Part shown: one piece after another, positions 56,112 through 64,000 of the stretch | Layout of the letters: the number at the start of each line of letters is the position of its first letter | Position numbering within the stretch: position 1 is the stretch's first letter | Assembly (NCBI GenBank): GCA_964420215.1 | Contig: CAYQSQ010000007.1 | Span: forward strand, 40,892 to 104,891 | From: an uncultured Flavobacterium sp. | Lineage (GTDB): Bacteria; Bacteroidota; Bacteroidia; Flavobacteriales; Flavobacteriaceae | Length of the DNA stretch: 64,000 nucleotides | Direction: 5' to 3' | Translations under genes and position numbers: made by a program | The notes under the pieces: generated by a model | Seen by the model: only the letters and a program-made list of their open reading frames with translations | The model's database searches: none | Told to the model about the DNA's origin: nothing

Positions 56112-58637
56112 TTATTGATTGATAATGATTTTTTTGGTTCGTTTTTCTTGACCTGATTCGACCACAAAAAAGTAGGTGCCTTTAGGTAATTCTGTTACTG
56201 AAATAACTGCTTTGTTACTATTAATTTCTATTTCTTTTACTTTAAGTCCAGCGGCAGTATAGACTTCTACACGATCCATAACACCTTTAGATTCTATCGT
56301 TACATCTGAGTTATCTATAACTGGATTAGGATAGGTTTTGATTAATCCTTCGCCTTTGGGTTTACCTGTTACTTTCAACTCAACTGTTACTGGTTTAGAC
56401 CAATATAAATCGGTATTGATACTATATTGAAAGGTGTCAACACCTATAAAACCGTCGGTTGGTGTGTAGTTAAAACTTCCGTCTGCATTTAAAACTAAAA
56501 TACCGTTTTTAGGTGTTGTTGCTAATACCGCCTCAAAATTAGCTCCACTTAATGATAAATCATTTACTAATAATCCTTTATCTTTTGTGATAGGTTGTAA
56601 ATTTTCTATATCAATAACGTATTTATCTACCATAGCAATAGGATCACATGGTATGTTAATCATTTGAGATTTAACAACTTCAAAAACTTCTTTTTTGTAC
56701 TCAATAGTTGCGGGTATTTCCCATTTATCCCAATTGAATCTATTTTTAGTTTCTACCTGAAAATCATTATATACAATACCCACGCTAATTCCGTCTGTTA
56801 ATACCGTTTCGGTTATGTCTTTGGTATCTCTATCATCATGCATTACGGTTCCTTTACTTGGGTCAATCACGTTGATTAATGTCCAAGGTAAACGAATCTC
56901 GATTGACGTATCTTTTAAAATTACTGCATCTGTTGTTTTTAAAGGTAAATTCAAACGGTTGATTCCCAAGGATCCAATGTATTGAATTTCTTTTTCAGGG
57001 TCATTGTTTTTCCAACGTACAATATTCCAAGGTGCTCCATCAGTGACCGTAGATCTAAATTTTTGAACCGCTGCTGCTGTATGATGCCAAATTCCGTACA
57101 AATCATATGCCTCCGTCACATATAATTCAGCTTTGTTATTGGTTATTTTAACTACAAATTCAGCTCGAGTGGTTACTTTTTTACCGTTCGGAAGTGTTGA
57201 TTCTCCTAAATCTTTATCATAGGTATCTAAACTTACCCAAAGTGTTTCACCGTCTTTTAAGTGTTTTTGCGTATTTAATTTTAATTTAAAATAAGCGAAA
57301 TCACCTAATGCTTCAATACTTTTTACAGGACAATCGGTACAAAATGTTTCGACATTTTCGAATTTGTTATTATCTTTTTTATATCCTATAATTCCAAAAT
57401 TTTGTTCAGGAGACGTTACGTTATGCCATAAGATACGACGATCTACATTAAAATCCATTGGATCGGTAATCCATGTTCTTTTAAACCACTCGTCTAACCA
57501 AGCGAACATCATACCGCCGCCACAACCCGTGGTGTGTATATTTTCTAACAATCGAATATTTAATTCACCCTGTTTGGTTTCGTCATAACCACCATGATAC
57601 ATTCCATTAGTGGTGTAATGCGCTACACCCCAACTGGAAGGAACTCCATATTCTGCAATGATTAAAGGGAAGTTTTTATAGTGTGATTTTAAATCGGTCA
57701 AATATCCTACATAACTGTTTTGACCTAAATAATCCGAAGCAGATTGATACTTAGATTCACTACCTATAAAATCCGGATAATACGGGTAGGCATGGTAACT
57801 TATAAAAAAACCAGCTTTAGCTTTTTCTTTATTTACTTCCGAAAAATCTAATACGGCTGAATCTTCAAAAGGATTTTTTTCTTCAGGGTGGGTTATTGGA
57901 TCTAAAGTTGGCCAGCTAGAAATACTAACTGGTCGTTGAGTTTTGTATTTTGTTTGTTCGAGTGTAACTAATTTATCTAAACGTTCTAATAACCAAGCCT
58001 CAGAAGCGTTTGTGTTGTTGATAGATAGATAATTACCGTTAAACGATTTTACATTTGGATGATCTTCATTTGTTTTTAAAACCTCAGGAGGATGAATTTC
58101 TCGACCTACTATATAACCAATAACCCACGGTGAAATATCCGAGGTGTAGGTTCCATAAGCCTTACCACGTCTTTCTTCAATTACAGCATTACCATGAACG
58201 GCATTTACATTATCTATAATTTCTTTATCCATTATAGATTGTATACTAAATAAATCTTCATGATAATCCGGGATTTCTTCTTCTAACCAAACTCCATGAA
58301 ATACATAAATAGGATGATTGGGATTAGCTTCATTATATGCTTTTAATTCGTCATAAAACTGAGGAAAATGCAATGTGTAAACACGTATCGTATTAAATCC
58401 AGCTTCTCGCATTAGCGGAAACCATCTTTTATAATCTTCGTGGCGTGCAGCTAATTCGCCAGGATAAGTACCTGGTTTAGAAACCCCTAAGTTTATACCT
58501 TTAATAAATAATGGCACATAAGCTTCACCATTCCAAACCGTTATGTTTTTATCGTCGGTAGAAAAGGGGAGAGGGGTAATTTCTTGACCAAAAATCAAGT
58601 TGGTAAATAGCAGGGCGTAGAGTATTTTTTTAGACAT
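56112..58637 (-). CDS. Clan GH-A-like TIM-barrel glycoside hydrolase + Ig-like (tandem-95/Big_9-like) domain + T9SS type-A CTD
   Basis: GFNTIRVYT, VGREIHP, SYHAYPYYPDF, IAEYG, FAWLDEWFKRTW; NADGSFNYTP Ig repeat; YPNP...PKGTYF...KKIII CTD. ATG at 58637. Confidence 0.82.
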   Translation of the reverse strand: MSKKILYALLFTNLIFGQEITPLPFSTDDKNITVWNGEAYVPLFIKGINLGVSKPGTYPGELAARHEDYKRWFPLMREAGFNTIRVYTLHFPQFYDELKAYNEANPNHPIYVFHGVWLEEEIPDYHEDLFSIQSIMDKEIIDNVNAVHGNAVIEERRGKAYGTYTSDISPWVIGYIVGREIHPPEVLKTNEDHPNVKSFNGNYLSINNTNASEAWLLERLDKLVTLEQTKYKTQRPVSISSWPTLDPITHPEEKNPFEDSAVLDFSEVNKEKAKAGFFISYHAYPYYPDFIGSESKYQSASDYLGQNSYVGYLTDLKSHYKNFPLIIAEYGVPSSWGVAHYTTNGMYHGGYDETKQGELNIRLLENIHTTGCGGGMMFAWLDEWFKRTWITDPMDFNVDRRILWHNVTSPEQNFGIIGYKKDNNKFENVETFCTDCPVKSIEALGDFAYFKLKLNTQKHLKDGETLWVSLDTYDKDLGESTLPNGKKVTTRAEFVVKITNNKAELYVTEAYDLYGIWHHTAAAVQKFRSTVTDGAPWNIVRWKNNDPEKEIQYIGSLGINRLNLPLKTTDAVILKDTSIEIRLPWTLINVIDPSKGTVMHDDRDTKDITETVLTDGISVGIVYNDFQVETKNRFNWDKWEIPATIEYKKEVFEVVKSQMINIPCDPIAMVDKYVIDIENLQPITKDKGLLVNDLSLSGANFEAVLATTPKNGILVLNADGSFNYTPTDGFIGVDTFQYSINTDLYWSKPVTVELKVTGKPKGEGLIKTYPNPVIDNSDVTIESKGVMDRVEVYTAAGLKVKEIEINSNKAVISVTELPKGTYFFVVESGQEKRTKKIIINQ

Positions 58638-58735
58638 ATTTTGATATTTCTGAGTAATTAACGACAATTTTGAATACAATTTAAATATAAAAATTAACAT
58701 TTTATTAACACGTAATTTTAATATTAAATTTTACA

Positions 58736-58743
58736 CAAAATTA
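58736..58743 (-). promoter_or_regulatory. Candidate -7 element for the GH-YaiO-HEAT-GT2 operon
   Basis: TAATTTTG on minus strand about 100 bp upstream of ATG 58637; region is very AT-rich. Confidence 0.35.
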
Positions 58744-58820
58744 TTTATTTTTTGATAGTAAGTTAAGCGAAATCAAACAATTATAATTTATTTAACAAAT
58801 GAAATCACAAGATTATATCA

Positions 58821-58828
58821 TACATTTG
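58821..58828 (+). promoter_or_regulatory. -7 element of the cvfB-menB unit
   Basis: TACATTTG 14 bp upstream of the start. Confidence 0.55.
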
Positions 58829-58842
58829 TAACTCAAATTTGA

Positions 58843-59676
58843 ATGATGATAGAAATAGGACAATACAATACCTTGCAAATACTACGTGATACGTCAGTAG
58901 GTTTGTATTTAGGTGATGACCAATATGATATTTTATTACCCAATAAATATGTACCCAAATATTTTGAAATTGGGAATTCTTTAACGGTTTTTGTTTATCT
59001 CGACCACGAAGAAAGACCTGTTGCTACCACTTTAAAGCCCTATGTAACCGTAAATGATTTTGCTTTTTTAGAAGTAAATTATATTAACGAGTTTGGCGCA
59101 TTTTTAAATTGGGGGTTAGAAAAAGATTTATTTGTACCCTTTAGAGAACAAGCCTTTAAAATGCAAGAAGGCAAACGCTATTTTGTATATGTTTATCTTG
59201 ACGAAACCACCAATCGACTAGTCGCATCCAGTAAAACCAATCAATTTTTGAGCAACGACGAGCTAACAGTCACCATCAATGAAGAGGTTCAAATAATTAT
59301 TGGTAACCGTAGTGATTTAGGCTATAATGTCGTTATTAATGGAATTCATCTGGGATTGATTTATTACAATACTTTAGCTTCAGATAATTTACGACCTGGA
59401 GATAAAATGACTGGTTATGTAAAAAATATCCGCCCCGATAACAAAATAGACATTGTTTTAGAAAAATTAGGCTATGAAAAAATCGAGCCAAATGCCCAAT
59501 TAATTATAAGTAAACTAAAAACAAGTGATGGATTTTTAGGCCTGCATGACAAAAGCGATTCGGAAGATATTCAGGCAATTTTAGGTATGAGTAAAAAAAC
59601 ATTCAAAAAAGCTATTGGACTCTTATATAAAGAAAAAATTATCACAATCGCGTCCGACGGAATTTCTTTAAACTAA
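58843..59676 (+). CDS. CvfB/YitL-family S1 RNA-binding protein
   Basis: [22 protein letters not shown], winged helix [15 protein letters not shown]. Confidence 0.9.
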   Translation: MMIEIGQYNTLQILRDTSVGLYLGDDQYDILLPNKYVPKYFEIGNSLTVFVYLDHEERPVATTLKPYVTVNDFAFLEVNYINEFGAFLNWGLEKDLFVPFREQAFKMQEGKRYFVYVYLDETTNRLVASSKTNQFLSNDELTVTINEEVQIIIGNRSDLGYNVVINGIHLGLIYYNTLASDNLRPGDKMTGYVKNIRPDNKIDIVLEKLGYEKIEPNAQLIISKLKTSDGFLGLHDKSDSEDIQAILGMSKKTFKKAIGLLYKEKIITIASDGISLN

Positions 59677-59705
59677 ATTATAAAAAATATAAAATCGAAG
59701 TAATA

Positions 59706-60524
59706 ATGAGCAGAAATTGGGAAACAATCAAAGAATACTCGGATATCAAATTCGAGTTTTTTGAAGGAATTGCTAAAATAACTATCAATAGACCAGAGGT
59801 ATATAACGCCTTCAGACCTGAGACCAATTTTCAGATGTTAGAAGCTATGGACGTATGTCGCGAACGTGCGGATATTGACGTAGTTGTTTTTACAGGGGCT
59901 GGAGACAAAGCATTTTGTTCGGGCGGCGACCAAAACGTAAAAGCTATTGGCGGTTATATGGGTGAAGATGGTGTGCCACGACTAAATGTATTGGATTTAC
60001 ACAAAAAGATTCGTGAAATTCCTAAGCCTGTAATTGCCATGGTTAACGGTTACGCCATTGGTGGCGGGCATGTTTTACACGTAGTTTGTGATTTAACTAT
60101 TGCGAGTGATAACGCTAAATTTGGTCAAACAGGACCAAAGGTTGGTAGTTTTGACGGTGGATTTGGATCGTCTTATTTAGCCAGACACGTAGGTCAAAAA
60201 AGAGCTCGTGAAATTTGGTTTTTATGCGAACAATATACCGCACAAGAAGCCATGGATATGGGTATGGTAAACAAAGTAGTAACTTTAGAAGAATTAGAAA
60301 ACACAACTGTTCAATGGTGTAAAACCATGCAAAAACGTTCGCCATTGGCCTTACGTATGATAAAACGCAGTTTAAATGCAGAGTTGGATGGTCAACACGG
60401 ATTAATGCAATTAGCCGGCGATGCAACGTTAATGTATTATTTAATGGAAGAAGCACAAGAAGGTAAACATGCCTTTTTAGAAAAACGTGATCCAGACTTT
60501 AAAAAATACCCAAAGTTTCCATAG
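59706..60524 (+). CDS. menB: 1,4-dihydroxy-2-naphthoyl-CoA synthase
   Basis: [30 protein letters not shown]. Confidence 0.96.
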   Translation: MSRNWETIKEYSDIKFEFFEGIAKITINRPEVYNAFRPETNFQMLEAMDVCRERADIDVVVFTGAGDKAFCSGGDQNVKAIGGYMGEDGVPRLNVLDLHKKIREIPKPVIAMVNGYAIGGGHVLHVVCDLTIASDNAKFGQTGPKVGSFDGGFGSSYLARHVGQKRAREIWFLCEQYTAQEAMDMGMVNKVVTLEELENTTVQWCKTMQKRSPLALRMIKRSLNAELDGQHGLMQLAGDATLMYYLMEEAQEGKHAFLEKRDPDFKKYPKFP

Positions 60525-60577
60525 TAAATTTAATGTTTAAATAATATTAGCAAAACAGTATTGTTAACCAACGCATC

Positions 60578-60585
60578 TATATTTG
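60578..60585 (+). promoter_or_regulatory. -7 element of the GDPD gene
   Basis: TATATTTG 22 bp upstream of ATG. Confidence 0.55.
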
Positions 60586-60607
60586 TACTTTATAAAAGTC
60601 AAATAAG

Positions 60608-61363
60608 ATGCGTTATTTTGTTGTTTTACTTCTGTTTTTAATAAATTATTCTTGTCAGGAAAATAATAATAAAATGATAAACATAGGACATCGAGGGGCT
60701 ATGGGGCTCGAAACCGAAAATACAATTGCATCGATACAAAAAGCATTGGATTTAGGCGTTGATATGATTGAAATTGATGTTTTTTTACTAAAATCTGGTG
60801 AAGTAGTTGTTTTTCATGACGATACGTTAGACTCTTTAACCAATGCTACAGGTCGTATCGAAGATTATACCTTTGACCAACTCAAAAAAATTACAGTACA
60901 AGGACATCACATACCAACGTTACAACAAGTAATCGAAACTATTGATCAAAAAGTGCCTTTAAATATCGAATTAAAAGGAAAAAACACAGCCAAACCTACA
61001 CATCAAATTGTATCAGATTACATACATAAAAAATGGAAAAAAGACGATTTTATAATTTCTAGTTTTTTATGGAATGAGTTAATAGATTATCGAAATTTAG
61101 ATTCAAAAATAGCTATTGCAGTTTTAACCGAAGAGAATCCTTTGGATGCAATCTCAGCCGCACAAAGTTTAAATGCCAAAGCTATTAATCCATGGTTTAA
61201 AAATTTAACTCAAAATCAAGTCAATCAAATTCATGAGGCTGGTTTTAAAATTTTCACATATACAGTAAATACTCCAGAAGATTTAAAAAAAATGCAATCC
61301 TGGGGAGTTGATGGTGTATTTTGTAACTATCCAGATATTTTTGCTAAAGTGATACTGCAATAA
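60608..61363 (+). CDS. Glycerophosphodiester phosphodiesterase (lipoprotein)
   Basis: Lipobox YSC; IGHRG, ENTIAS, IEIDV, FHDDTL, NIELK. Confidence 0.92.
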   Translation: MRYFVVLLLFLINYSCQENNNKMINIGHRGAMGLETENTIASIQKALDLGVDMIEIDVFLLKSGEVVVFHDDTLDSLTNATGRIEDYTFDQLKKITVQGHHIPTLQQVIETIDQKVPLNIELKGKNTAKPTHQIVSDYIHKKWKKDDFIISSFLWNELIDYRNLDSKIAIAVLTEENPLDAISAAQSLNAKAINPWFKNLTQNQVNQIHEAGFKIFTYTVNTPEDLKKMQSWGVDGVFCNYPDIFAKVILQ

Positions 61364-61508
61364 AATCCTTCTGAATAAAGCTTTAGAATCTTTATATATT
61401 CTATTTAAGAAGAGGGAATTCAATAGAAGTCCTCTTTCATGTTTTTATAAATTCTATTTTACATAATATAAATTATAATACAATTTAAAGGATTATTAAA
61501 TATTAAAC

Positions 61509-62312
61509 TCATATTTGGTATTTAGGTGTTAAAACAACCCTTTTAATTACTTCCAACACGCCATCGTTGTTGTTATCGTAATTGGTGCTGTATTTAGCGA
61601 TAGCTGTAACATCGGGATGTGCATTTTTCATGGCGTAACTGTGAGTAGCTTGTTGGATCATTTCCAAATCATTTTGCATATCTCCAAACACCATTGTTTC
61701 TTGTGGGGAAATTTCTAATCGGTTTTGTATAAAAGTTAAAGCCACGCCTTTGTTTGCGTTGGTGTGGGTGATATCCAGCCACATATTGCTCGATATAGCA
61801 ATTTTGTACGCTGTGGTATATGTTTTAAAATGAGGATAACTATTAACTGTAACTCCTTTAAAATCACAAATGCTAACCTTTAGTAACACGTCTTCTACTT
61901 GTGTTAAATCGGATACGATTTCTATTTTTTCAAAAAAATGCTGAATTGTTTCTACAAAATGAGGTGTTGTATCTTCGATATAAGCAGCTTTTTCGCCACA
62001 TAATACCGTAAATGTATCTGAGATTGTTCGGTTGATTTGGATAAACAAATTAGCGGTTGCACTATCCAACGGATTTACAAATAATTTATTCCTGCCTTGT
62101 TTTACGATGGTTCCGTTATCCGCTAAAATCAATAAGCGTTCGCTTATAGGTTGTAAGGTTTTGTATAAATTATAATATTGTCTACCACTGGCAACCGCAA
62201 ACACGATTCCTCTGTTGAGGAGTTGTTGTTCAACTTCAAAAAAATCAGTCGGTAATTGGTGGTTATCATTAAGCAATGTACCGTCCATATCGGTAACGAT
62301 GAGTTTTATCAT
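61509..62312 (-). CDS. Cof-type HAD-IIB hydrolase
   Basis: TDMDGTLL, ASGR, NKG, FGDMQNDLEM. Confidence 0.92.
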   Translation of the reverse strand: MIKLIVTDMDGTLLNDNHQLPTDFFEVEQQLLNRGIVFAVASGRQYYNLYKTLQPISERLLILADNGTIVKQGRNKLFVNPLDSATANLFIQINRTISDTFTVLCGEKAAYIEDTTPHFVETIQHFFEKIEIVSDLTQVEDVLLKVSICDFKGVTVNSYPHFKTYTTAYKIAISSNMWLDITHTNANKGVALTFIQNRLEISPQETMVFGDMQNDLEMIQQATHSYAMKNAHPDVTAIAKYSTNYDNNNDGVLEVIKRVVLTPKYQI

Positions 62313-62845
62313 AAACGTCTTTTAATTTCGTGCAAAGATAAATTTGTTGTAATGAGCTGTTGTACAACAAAATCTTTTGCTGTTTCGATATTGTCGTAAT
62401 CTAAATATTTTGCCCAAAGATCTGAGTATAAAATTTCGTTGATTTGTTTGATTCGTTTGCCCGTTTCAGCACCTGTACGCACGATAAATGTGGGTTGATA
62501 ATCTTTGTGGTCTTTGTGTTGGTAATTAACTTCCAAACCGTCTTTAGTTTTAATAATTTGAATAAAATACAAGGCCTCCGTTTCGTTGTCTTTATAAAAA
62601 TCTTCCCAACGTGCATAGCCTATTTTAGATTGTGATATTTGATCTTGGGCTAAGGTAATCAAACGCCAACGACAATTGGCTACACGCCCCCAATGGTTGG
62701 ATTGCCGATAAACACCTTCATTTGTTATGTAATATACGCTGCCCGATTTACTGGTGTATGAAACAGCTAAATCGACAATCTCGGATTTAGCTACTTCGTG
62801 GTAAACGCAAAAAGTATATTTATGAAAATTATATCGGTTGTACAT
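62309..62845 (-). CDS. Conserved hypothetical protein
   Basis: NFHKYTFC...SKSGSVYY...SNHWGRVANCRW; coupled between prmC and the Cof gene. Confidence 0.75.
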   Translation of the reverse strand: MYNRYNFHKYTFCVYHEVAKSEIVDLAVSYTSKSGSVYYITNEGVYRQSNHWGRVANCRWRLITLAQDQISQSKIGYARWEDFYKDNETEALYFIQIIKTKDGLEVNYQHKDHKDYQPTFIVRTGAETGKRIKQINEILYSDLWAKYLDYDNIETAKDFVVQQLITTNLSLHEIKRRL

Positions 62846-62846
62846 C

Positions 62847-63692
62847 TTATTTTGTTCCTGAAATCATTCGGAATTCGCCAAATAAATCCTTTTTTAAAAC
62901 TACATTTTCAAAACCAATTTGCTCCAATAATGTAACCATTTCTTGAGATAAATATTGATTGATTTCAAAAAACAACTTCCCTCCTGTTTTTAAATTTTTA
63001 TGCGCTAAACGACTGATTTTATCATAAAAAAGTAACGGATCGGTATCTTTTACAAACAATGCCAAATGAGGTTCGTGTGCTAATACATTATCCCTCATTT
63101 CTTTTTTTTCTAATTCCCTCACATACGGTGGATTAGATACGATTACATCATAAGTTTCTGGCAAAAAATCAGTGGTTAAAATATCTTGATTATAAAACGT
63201 GATTTCAACTTGGTTTAGTTTAGCATTGGATTGAGCAATTTTTAACGCTTTTTCAGAAATATCTAACGCAGATACGGATGCCATTGTATTATTTTTAGCC
63301 AACGAAATCGCGATACAACCACTCCCCGTTCCGATGTCTATTATTTTGGGATGCGTTGTTGCGGTTGTTTCATTAATAATCCATTGCACTAAATCTTCTG
63401 TTTCGGGTCTGGGGATTAATACGTCTGCTGTTACATTAAAATCTAACCCGTAAAAGTGCGTCTTGCCTAAGAGGTATTGAACAGGTTCGTGTTGTAACAA
63501 CCGAACCAAATAATCGTCCATTTGTTTTTTTTCCGCTTTCGAAAAATTTAATTGTTGATCCAACGCCAAATCTACGCGTCTTTTATTTGCAACCGCATCA
63601 AGCAACATAAAAAATATCGTAGCCGATTCTTGCGAATTATAAATGCTTTGCAGTTGGTTCAAAAATTCGGTTTGATAGGTTTTGATGTTCAT
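62847..63692 (-). CDS. prmC: Release factor glutamine methyltransferase
   Basis: EPVQYLLG, LIPRPETE, DIGTGSG, SNPPY; ATG at 63692. Confidence 0.95.
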   Translation of the reverse strand: MNIKTYQTEFLNQLQSIYNSQESATIFFMLLDAVANKRRVDLALDQQLNFSKAEKKQMDDYLVRLLQHEPVQYLLGKTHFYGLDFNVTADVLIPRPETEDLVQWIINETTATTHPKIIDIGTGSGCIAISLAKNNTMASVSALDISEKALKIAQSNAKLNQVEITFYNQDILTTDFLPETYDVIVSNPPYVRELEKKEMRDNVLAHEPHLALFVKDTDPLLFYDKISRLAHKNLKTGGKLFFEINQYLSQEMVTLLEQIGFENVVLKKDLFGEFRMISGTK

Positions 63693-63726
63693 AAGTAATG
63701 ATTTCTTGTACTTTTGTTTATTCATA

Positions 63727-63734
63727 CAAAAGTA
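63727..63734 (-). promoter_or_regulatory. -7 element of prmC
   Basis: TACTTTTG on minus strand, 1 bp from the track's ATG at 63725, which supports the later start at 63692. Confidence 0.5.
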
Positions 63735-63819
63735 GAAGAAAAAATATTTTCCTTAGTTGTTTGATTTTTTTAAAAAAATAACTAATTTAACATTTATTTA
63801 ACATAATAAATTAGACGCT

Positions 63820-64000
63820 ATGAAATTAAATATTGTAACATTTCTATTTATGGTTATTTTTTCAGTGGCATCAGCGCAAAAATTTCACATAGAAAAAATA
63901 TCGGAAAAAAATCCAACTTTTGAACAAGATGTATATGTATTTCCCATTCTTAAAGGGTCAGACTCTAAAATAACTTCTAAAATAAATAATTTCTTGATTG
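63820..64000 (+). CDS. Exported protein, 5' part only (runs off the window)
   Basis: MKLNIVTFLFMVIFSVASAQKFHIEK...KINNFLI, SpI signal ending ASA; frame open to the window end. Confidence 0.7.
   Translation, partial: MKLNIVTFLFMVIFSVASAQKFHIEKISEKNPTFEQDVYVFPILKGSDSKITSKINNFLI

Larger units (their letters stand above)
50809..58637 (-). other. Putative synthase-dependent exopolysaccharide operon (GH - TPR/YaiO barrel - periplasmic/HEAT fusion - GT2 synthase)
   Basis: Four co-oriented genes separated by only 7, 3 and 1 bp. Confidence 0.75.

Noticed and set aside
1132-62635. Numerous 60-126 aa ORFs antisense to or nested in long genes (e.g. 1132-1374, 4953-5333, 20028-20354, 31323-31688, 47146-47469, 51407-51730, 60115-60456)
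   Set aside because: Shadow ORFs of well-supported genes, with no recognisable motifs
8043-63725. Longer ORF-track starts for nth (8043), thioesterase (12827), GH (58700), prmC (63725), PTPase (11330), KS (27496), CLF (31792), LolA-like (33613)
   Set aside because: Extensions overlap promoter elements, the DnaA box or upstream genes, or precede the signal peptide or expected N-terminus; downstream ATGs were used

Overview
AT-rich Flavobacteriaceae (Flavobacterium-like) chromosomal segment; TAnnTTTG -7 promoter elements occur throughout. (1) 1-14.6 kb is mostly housekeeping: end of hisIE, an IS982-family remnant, a DUF4199-GT2-phosphosugar mutase-ABC-glpD operon, a bcp/nth/trx/ahpC redox neighbourhood, dnaA with an upstream DnaA box, tRNA-Val(TAC) and aroB. 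(2) 14.7-49.4 kb is an apparently complete flexirubin-type aryl polyene/dialkylresorcinol cluster: TAL, KS/CLF/ACP, darA/darB, methyltransferase, a divergent halogenase-like enzyme, Lol-like proteins, an MMPL fusion, a C45 acyltransferase and a CoA/ACP ligase. It is interrupted in-line by a 3.6 kb single-chain Type IIG restriction-modification gene. (3) 49.5-58.6 kb holds the most novel-looking element, a tightly coupled minus-strand four-gene operon with the architecture of a synthase-dependent exopolysaccharide machine: T9SS-tailed clan GH-A hydrolase, TPR/YaiO-type beta-barrel, a membrane-anchored periplasmic-domain/HEAT fusion, and a processive QRxRW GT2 synthase. A T9SS-tailed beta-propeller gene follows it. 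(4) 58.8-64 kb is housekeeping: cvfB-like, menB (type I signature), GDPD, Cof HAD, prmC. All family assignments come from motif recognition and recalled homologue sequences, not from database searches.
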